A stretch of 64,000 bases of DNA from the NCBI RefSeq assembly GCF_009914755.1, contig NC_060926.1; one strand, written 5' to 3'. The notes under the pieces are model-generated. The model was not told where the DNA came from and did no database searches. It saw nothing but the letters and a program-made list of their open reading frames with translations. This DNA comes from the human T2T-CHM13v2.0 reference genome, Homo sapiens. Within the stretch, counting starts at the first letter, position 1; each line of letters opens with the position of its first letter. Positions 56,992 through 64,000 of the stretch are shown here, piece after piece. The position numbers and the translations under genes are program-made.

Positions 56992-57398
56992 GAATATGAT
57001 TTAGGTCTATGTCACCACCAAATCTCACGTGGAATTATAATCCCCAATGTAGCAGATGGGGCCTGATGAGAGGCTCACGGGTTTCCCCCTTTGGTGCTGT
57101 TCTTATGATAGAGTCCTCAAGAGATCTGGTTATTTAAAAGTGTGTGGCACCCTCCTCTCTCTCTCTCTCTATTCATTCTGCTCCAGCCACGTAGCTCACA
57201 GTTCTGGAGCCTGTACAGGATTCAGAGTGGCTTCTGCTTCTGGGGTGGCTTCAGGAAACTTTCAATCATGGTGGAATCCTCCCCAGAGGCGGAAGCCACT
57301 ATGCATCCTGTACAGCCTGCAGAACTGTGAGCCAATTAATCCTCTTCTTTCTAAGTCTCAGGTATTTCTCTAGAGCAGGGCAGGAATGGACTAGTATA
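56992..57398 (+). mobile_element. MST (MSTA/B-like) solo LTR with an internal inversion
   Basis: accaaatctcacgtggaattataatccccaatgt, gagatctggttatttaaaagtgtgtggcac, cagcctgcagaactgtgagccaattaa, ggaatggactagtata; 57193-57276 is LTR sequence in reverse orientation. Confidence 0.9.
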
Positions 57399-58338
57399 TC
57401 CTTCAATTAAAATCACAGTGTGAAAGAGAAATGGCAGTCTGTTGAGGACTGCTTTGCAGTTAGTTTGATCAATCATGGCTGAAAGCTGGCCAAAAGAAGA
57501 AAAGGAGATCAACTCTCTCCTGTAGTTAATTTCTACACTAGAAATTCACTGCATTCATACCACTCATTGTCCACTGTTCTAAAACTGCATCTGTTCTTCC
57601 AACCTGATTTTGCTGGTTTTATCAATTCCTCTTACTTTCCCCTTTCCTTTTCTTTCTTAAGGATTTCCACCTCTACTTTCAACCCTAACCCTCCTCCCCC
57701 TGAGGAGCAGTATCAGCAGGTGGGGCAGTGAAGGTCAGTATGTGCCTTTTCCACTTGAGCCTCCCAAAACTATAGTCTTTGATTAGGGACTGCATTTTTT
57801 TTTTCAACTTGTGTTTGAGCCACTGTGTTTGCCCAGTTTCTGAAATTGTCCTGTGAGGCTCAGCTGTCCACTGTCCTTCCAGCCTCATGAGCAACATAGT
57901 TCACTGTCTCAAGAGGGGCTCTGGGAAGTCCCAAAGCCTTCCCAGGCCGTGCCCCAATGCCAGTCCCTCCCTGCTGGCCCTGACATGCCAGCGAACTCTG
58001 CTCTCCCTATCCCCAGCACCACCCAGCCAGGCTCTGGGATGCCTGTCTGGCCACATTCCAGGACAACCTGATCGTCCTTCCTCTCTGCCTGTTCTCTCCA
58101 CCTGTTCTCACACACTCGTCTCTCCTCCTCTGACCTCCACTATCTTTTCCATGGCAGTTAGAAGTCAAAACAGACCAGATAGAAAAGATATGCTGACCCT
58201 CGCTCGTCCACTCCCTCCCTCTTTGTGTATCACCTACAGCGTGCTGGATAAATCTCTGGTGCATGTGCAATTTGGAGAAATTCCAGAGGTCTGCCCTCCT
58301 TGTCTCCCTGGGTCACAGGGAGGTAAATGACAAGGAGT

Positions 58339-58520
58339 TGGCTATGGTCCCCACTTTATAAATGAGGAAATGACTTCTCAAGGGCACTGAGAAGTCATTT
58401 TTTCTTTTATAAAGTGGGGACCATAGCCACTTGACTATGGTCCTGACTCGAGCAGGGCCACACAGCCAATCATTGGTCACGCCTATGCTCAAACCTCAGG
58501 TGTCAGCTTCCAATTCCTCC
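58339..58520 (-). mobile_element. MIR remnant containing a fold-back palindrome
   Basis: ccccactttataaatgaggaaa and cagggccacacagc...tcaaacctcagg match the antisense MIR core; 58339-58429 is a 42-bp-arm inverted repeat. Confidence 0.7.
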
Positions 58521-59559
58521 AATCTATCAACGTCATCCTGCCCCTCAGTTGTTGGCAAGTGAAGATACGAAGTAAAGTGAGGCCTTAACCCTTGAGGAAC
58601 TTAGGCTTATAATGGGTCCAACAATAGATAGGTGAAGGTAAAATTTACAAAAGCAGCAACAGAGAACAGACCACGATTACATGTCCAAGGAGTGGTGCCC
58701 ACCATGGGGCATGGAAATGATGAGATGCAAACATGACAAAAGTAAGACTGGAGCTGAACCTTAGCCTTAAAGGGAAGCAGTAACCAAATTGATGAGAAGA
58801 ATGACCGTGGTGGATTGGCAGGTAACACAGTCTGGGGAAAGGCAGTAAGACAAGAGTAGCTAGAGCTTAATCAGAGAACAGGGAGAAACCAGGCTGTCTG
58901 AAGGAGAGAGCCCCATCCATGAGCAGCAGTAACCAGGTTTGCTAAGCTGGCTGGGACATAGGGACTGAATGGCAGACTAAGGATCTGTCCCGGCCTTCCC
59001 ATGTCGTTCTGCCTCCTTGGTAGGAATGACATGCGTAGCTGTTCTGTTTTACAAATGCTACTCGCATTGAATTTTTAAATATTTTCCTCCCCTATTTTTA
59101 TTCCGTTGCCTGTTTTCTCTTGTTTCTAATATCAGTGAACCTCCACAATTTTAGAAATCTTAATGAATTTATTCACATGTATTTAACATCGATGTAAAGA
59201 AACTAATTCCCATCTTCTTGTATTAGCTTATAGTCAAACTAAGAGCTCCAGGCCTGAGAATAACTTCCCCTAAAAAGAGATGTATTTTCTCTTTTCTGCT
59301 GACAAAAACTACATAACAATCCTCTTTTCCTTTTCACCCTTGCTGGTAGGAAGCTCAAAGATACATTTTGACTCAGCCACAAAAATAAATTAACCCCCCC
59401 GGTTGTCATATTTGCTTTGCCTCCTTTCTCCTTTATTTCCAGTGCCTTGTATGTTTATAAAGCTTATTATCTCTATATCCTTTGTTGAAGTTCACCTCAA
59501 AGCCTTTGTGGAAAGAAGCAAAGTAAATAAACATCAACCAACCAACAATATCGCTTTCT

Positions 59560-60001
<442 letters not shown>

Positions 60002-60239
60002 TCACTAAAGGAAGAAGATAAATTGATTTGAAGTTTCATTAAGTGAGGCATATGGGAGAATTCGCTACATAAGGAAGCAGGAAAAGGAGTCCATTTCCTT
60101 AAAGTTACTTTTTAGAAGCAGGCAGGCGTCTCTCACACATCTGAGACAACCTGGCATCCAGGCATCCTGTGATCTTTCTAAATTTGGTCTCACCTAGATT
60201 TTATTAGAGAATTGATCTAAGCAATACACTTTTGGGTCT

Positions 60240-60400
60240 GTTTTTTTAACTGACAAATAAAAGTTGTCTATGCCTTATATTTATATTTTATTTATATTTT
60301 TCACAACATCATATGTGTATATTGTAAAATGGCTAAGTTGAGCTAGTTAACATATGCAATACATCTCACATACTTCTCATTTTTGTGGTAAGAACACTTA
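60240..60400 (-). mobile_element. L1MA 3' end fragment
   Basis: tttaactgacaaataaaagttgt...attgtaaaatggctaagttgagctagttaacatatgca...tttttgtggtaagaacactta. Confidence 0.75.
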
Positions 60401-60460
60401 GATATGGCCTATTAGTAAGATAACATAGTTATTGGTCTATGTAAGAAGCTAAAATCCTCG

Positions 60461-60823
<363 letters not shown>

Positions 60824-61364
60824 TTAAAAATTATGCTTAAAAAAATCCCAATTAAAATGATGCCATTAGCACTGTCCACCCTCAACACACACACAAATTA
60901 ATTTTAAAAATAAAGCTTATTTCTAAATCCTTACACAAAAGAACTGATTTTAAATGACACGCAGTTGGTAGCAGATCTGAACCACACAGAGCCCCAGCTT
61001 GGTGCTCCGTCTCCCCGGCCATGTGAGGACACAGCCCTCTTGAACTTCTAAACTGCCCCTCAGGAAGCAGAGCAGCATGGAAACGGTGTGAAAACCAAGC
61101 CAGCCTTTCCATTCACCAGGGGTTTTCATTCCTATTCCATATACTGGACAAAGTCACCCACAGAGCAGCTGAATTACTTCCTGGTCTTTCTTGAAGTATT
61201 TCAGTTCTCAGGCAGACCCGGGGCATACAAAGTTGTGTCCAAAATCATCACTCTACCTCCAGGTTTCTCTGTAACCAGCAATTTACTAAAAGTACTTCCT
61301 GGGCCTCAAGGTGGGAACTTTATGAGCTTCAGATTCTGTACCTTCCAGTCTAACCAAAGTTATA

Positions 61365-61821
61365 CGTGATCATTAATTTCATGTTTCAACTTGACTGGGC
61401 TACAAGATACCCAGATAGTTGGTAAAACAGTATTTCTGGGTTGCCTGGTACAGCGTTTCCAGAAGAGATTAGCATTTGAATCAGTGTACTGAGTAAGGAA
61501 CACCAATCCTCATCAATGTGAGTGTCATCATCTATCCAATGAATAGAGTAAAAGGTGAAGGAAGGGTGAGTTCACTCCCTCTGCTTGAGCTGGGACATCC
61601 TTCTACTCTTGCCTCCTGACATTGAAACTTCTCGTTCTCTGGCCTTCAGACTTGAACTAAATTCCCCACCAGCTTTCATGGTTCCCCAGCTTGCAAAGGG
61701 CAGGTCACAGGACGTCTGGACCTCCACAACCCTGGGAGCCATTAACATTGTAAACCTCCCACGTGTCTATCTCTATATGTCCTACAGGTTACGTTTCGCT
61801 TAGAGAACCCTGACTAATACT
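61365..61821 (+). mobile_element. MLT2 (ERVL) solo LTR
   Basis: ttaatttcatgtttcaacttgactgggcta, gtttccagaagagattagcatttgaatcagt, ends gagaaccctgactaatac. Confidence 0.88.
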
Positions 61822-62012
61822 GTATACTTCCCAATGCCTACTTTAATCCTCAAAAGAAAGCTGAATCTGATTCACACAGTTTTATTCAATAAAGATCTCG
61901 ATGACAATGTCAATTCAGGTGATTGGAACAGTTAAAACTGAGCCAAAATGCTGTGTGACACTAAAAATCCAGAAAAATTTACAGAAAAAAAGTTATTTGT
62001 TATCATTTACTT

Positions 62013-62320
62013 ATATTTATTTTATTTTATTTTTGAGATGGAGTATCACTCCCATTGCACAGCTGGAGTGCAGTGGCACAATCTCCGCTCACCGCAACCT
62101 CCACCTCCTGGGTTCAAGCGATTCTCCTTCCTCAACCTCCCCAATAGCTGGGATTACAGGCTTGTGCCACCACGCCCAGCTAATTTTTTTGTATTTTTAG
62201 TAGAGACAGGGTTTCACCATGTTGGCCAGGCTGGTCTCAAACTCCTGACCTCAGGTGATCCACCCACCTCAGCTTCTCAAAGTGCTAGGATTACAGCTGT
62301 GAGCCACTGCGTCCGACCAG
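62013..62320 (-). mobile_element. Alu (AluSx-like)
   Basis: (TTTTA)n tail, gagatggagt...; TSD aaaaagttatt. Confidence 0.95.
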
Positions 62321-64000
62321 CAAAAAGTTATTCTTACTCTGTTTTTCAATGCTACTCTATACCAAGCTGTAATGGGTATACATACATAGATTATAAAGCA
62401 ATGAGACCCCTTGTTTATGTCCCACAGTGATGCCCAAGTTATCTGCGATATGCTATATTCATTGGTTAATGTGAGTACTTGGGGAGTTTCTAATATAACC
62501 TTTAATGTGTGTGAACAAATTGCCAATAAATCCCAGAATAGACTTTAAGAAGTCAGCATGATTTTTCCCTGTTAGATATCATCTTTAAAAAGGGTAGGAG
62601 AAAGTTGTCTGGAAAAAAAAAAAAAAAAAAACTTCAGCATGTAAATTAATTTTAAAATGGGCATGGTAGTTTTACATTTTGAAGATAAGAAGATTAACCA
62701 GAAGGAACTGAGAGAGAAAATTATCAAACCTGAATGGGGAAAAATGCCTGAAAAAATATAGCTGTGAAGAGAGCTGAGTCATTTGTGATAGAATTTTAAG
62801 GCCCTGCAAAAGCCCCGAACATGGTCACAAGTGGTTTACATAAATCCATGTGCCCTCTTCTTCGAGCCAATCAACTGCTCTCCAGCCCTGCGGCGAGTGG
62901 CATCGCTAGGATGAGTCAATGACACTGTCACACAGTAGAAAACACAGCCTCCTTCCATCTCCATGATGTGCTTTCTCACAACTTCATTAAACTGAACCAG
63001 AAATCACATCAGACAACATGGAAGAGTCATGGGATGACTTTTGACATGAGATTGAGAGACAGGTGGGTGAGACTTCAAGAAAAATGACACAAAGATAAGA
63101 CAGTTTCAGATTCAAGATGATCTTACACTTCTGAAAACCCAAACATCAACGTCTTAGGGCCAGAAAGTAAAACTTCTAATGAATAGGATGTGAAAGTCGC
63201 CAGGCAGACTCCTTGCATTTCACCATGACACTAAATGAAAGCACAGAAAGTCCAGCAGCTAAATGAATGTGTAAGATTTCTCAGACAAGATCTCTGGGGT
63301 CGCTCTAATTATAACACCCAAATGTTGTTAGCAACAATAGAAAGAGCAATTTAGATATGTGATTTGGTGATTGTTTAAAATACATTTGGGGCTCTTTTGA
63401 GAGTTCTGAAATTTCCATAGCAGCTGCGTACTTCAGACCTGGTGGCATTTGGGGAAACACTTGTCAAATCCATACTTGGAGCCCAGGCTGCCTGGTGAAA
63501 ACGGATTTTTTTCCCTATTGTTAAGTGAAAATTCCATGAGCAAAATATTCTTACATTGTGCCCAGTAGAAATGTACCTTTCCACTGAAAATATTACCCTA
63601 ATGAGCTTGCTTGTAATGTTCACACTGGAAATAACAGAAACATGCAGGCCCTCCCTGTCTTTTTCTCTTCTATGACCTTCTCCTCCACTTTACTGACAGA
63701 GTATGAGTAAGCTGGCAGAAAATCAACAGGGACAAAGGGAACTACTGGCCTCTTGGTTACAGAGGGCCCTTTCGATACCATCCTACATCTACAATACACC
63801 ACCAGTTTCCTCCTCCATGATGTGACGTTCTTTAAGGAATAGTTTAGAAGGGCCTGACTTAGAACTATGCCAACAGCTCTTGGCACCACTTATTTGCAGA
63901 CTCTGGCCCAACTGGCTGAAATCAGTCTTTGCTAATTTATCAGCCAGCACAGGTCTCAGCTGCAGTTTTCAGCTTTGATCAAAGCTGAAGCCCATATCAT

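Overview
Primate, almost certainly human, euchromatic non-coding DNA (large intron or intergenic/lncRNA territory). It holds about 13 Alus (J, S and Y), L1PA/L1PB/L1M fragments, L2 and MIR remnants, several MaLR/ERVL/ERV1 solo LTRs, hAT fossils (MER20, MER63-like) and long simple repeats. I found no recognisable cellular protein-coding exon, RNA gene or CpG-island promoter, and I could not identify the locus. The only ORFs with recognisable homology are L1 ORF2p fragments. I do not see a convincing new multi-gene system. The most unusual signal is a set of local fold-back and templated-copy structures not explained by whole repeat insertions: (1) a ~236-bp, ~87%-identical inverted duplication of apparently non-repeat DNA (46211-46446 / 47516-47749) with a 44-nt palindrome in its spacer; (2) a 52-bp-arm hairpin made by an inversion inside an MST LTR (57194-57332); (3) a 42-bp-arm, pre-miRNA-sized hairpin made inside a MIR (58339-58429); (4) a 79-bp near-perfect direct copy inserted into an old L1 (29271-29349 = 30620-30698). 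There are also candidate enhancers (an E-box cluster at ~13.8-14.2 kb, a (GGAA)14 tract) and one candidate 113-nt exon. Repeat subfamily names are from visual recognition, alignments were done by hand, and old-repeat boundaries are approximate.
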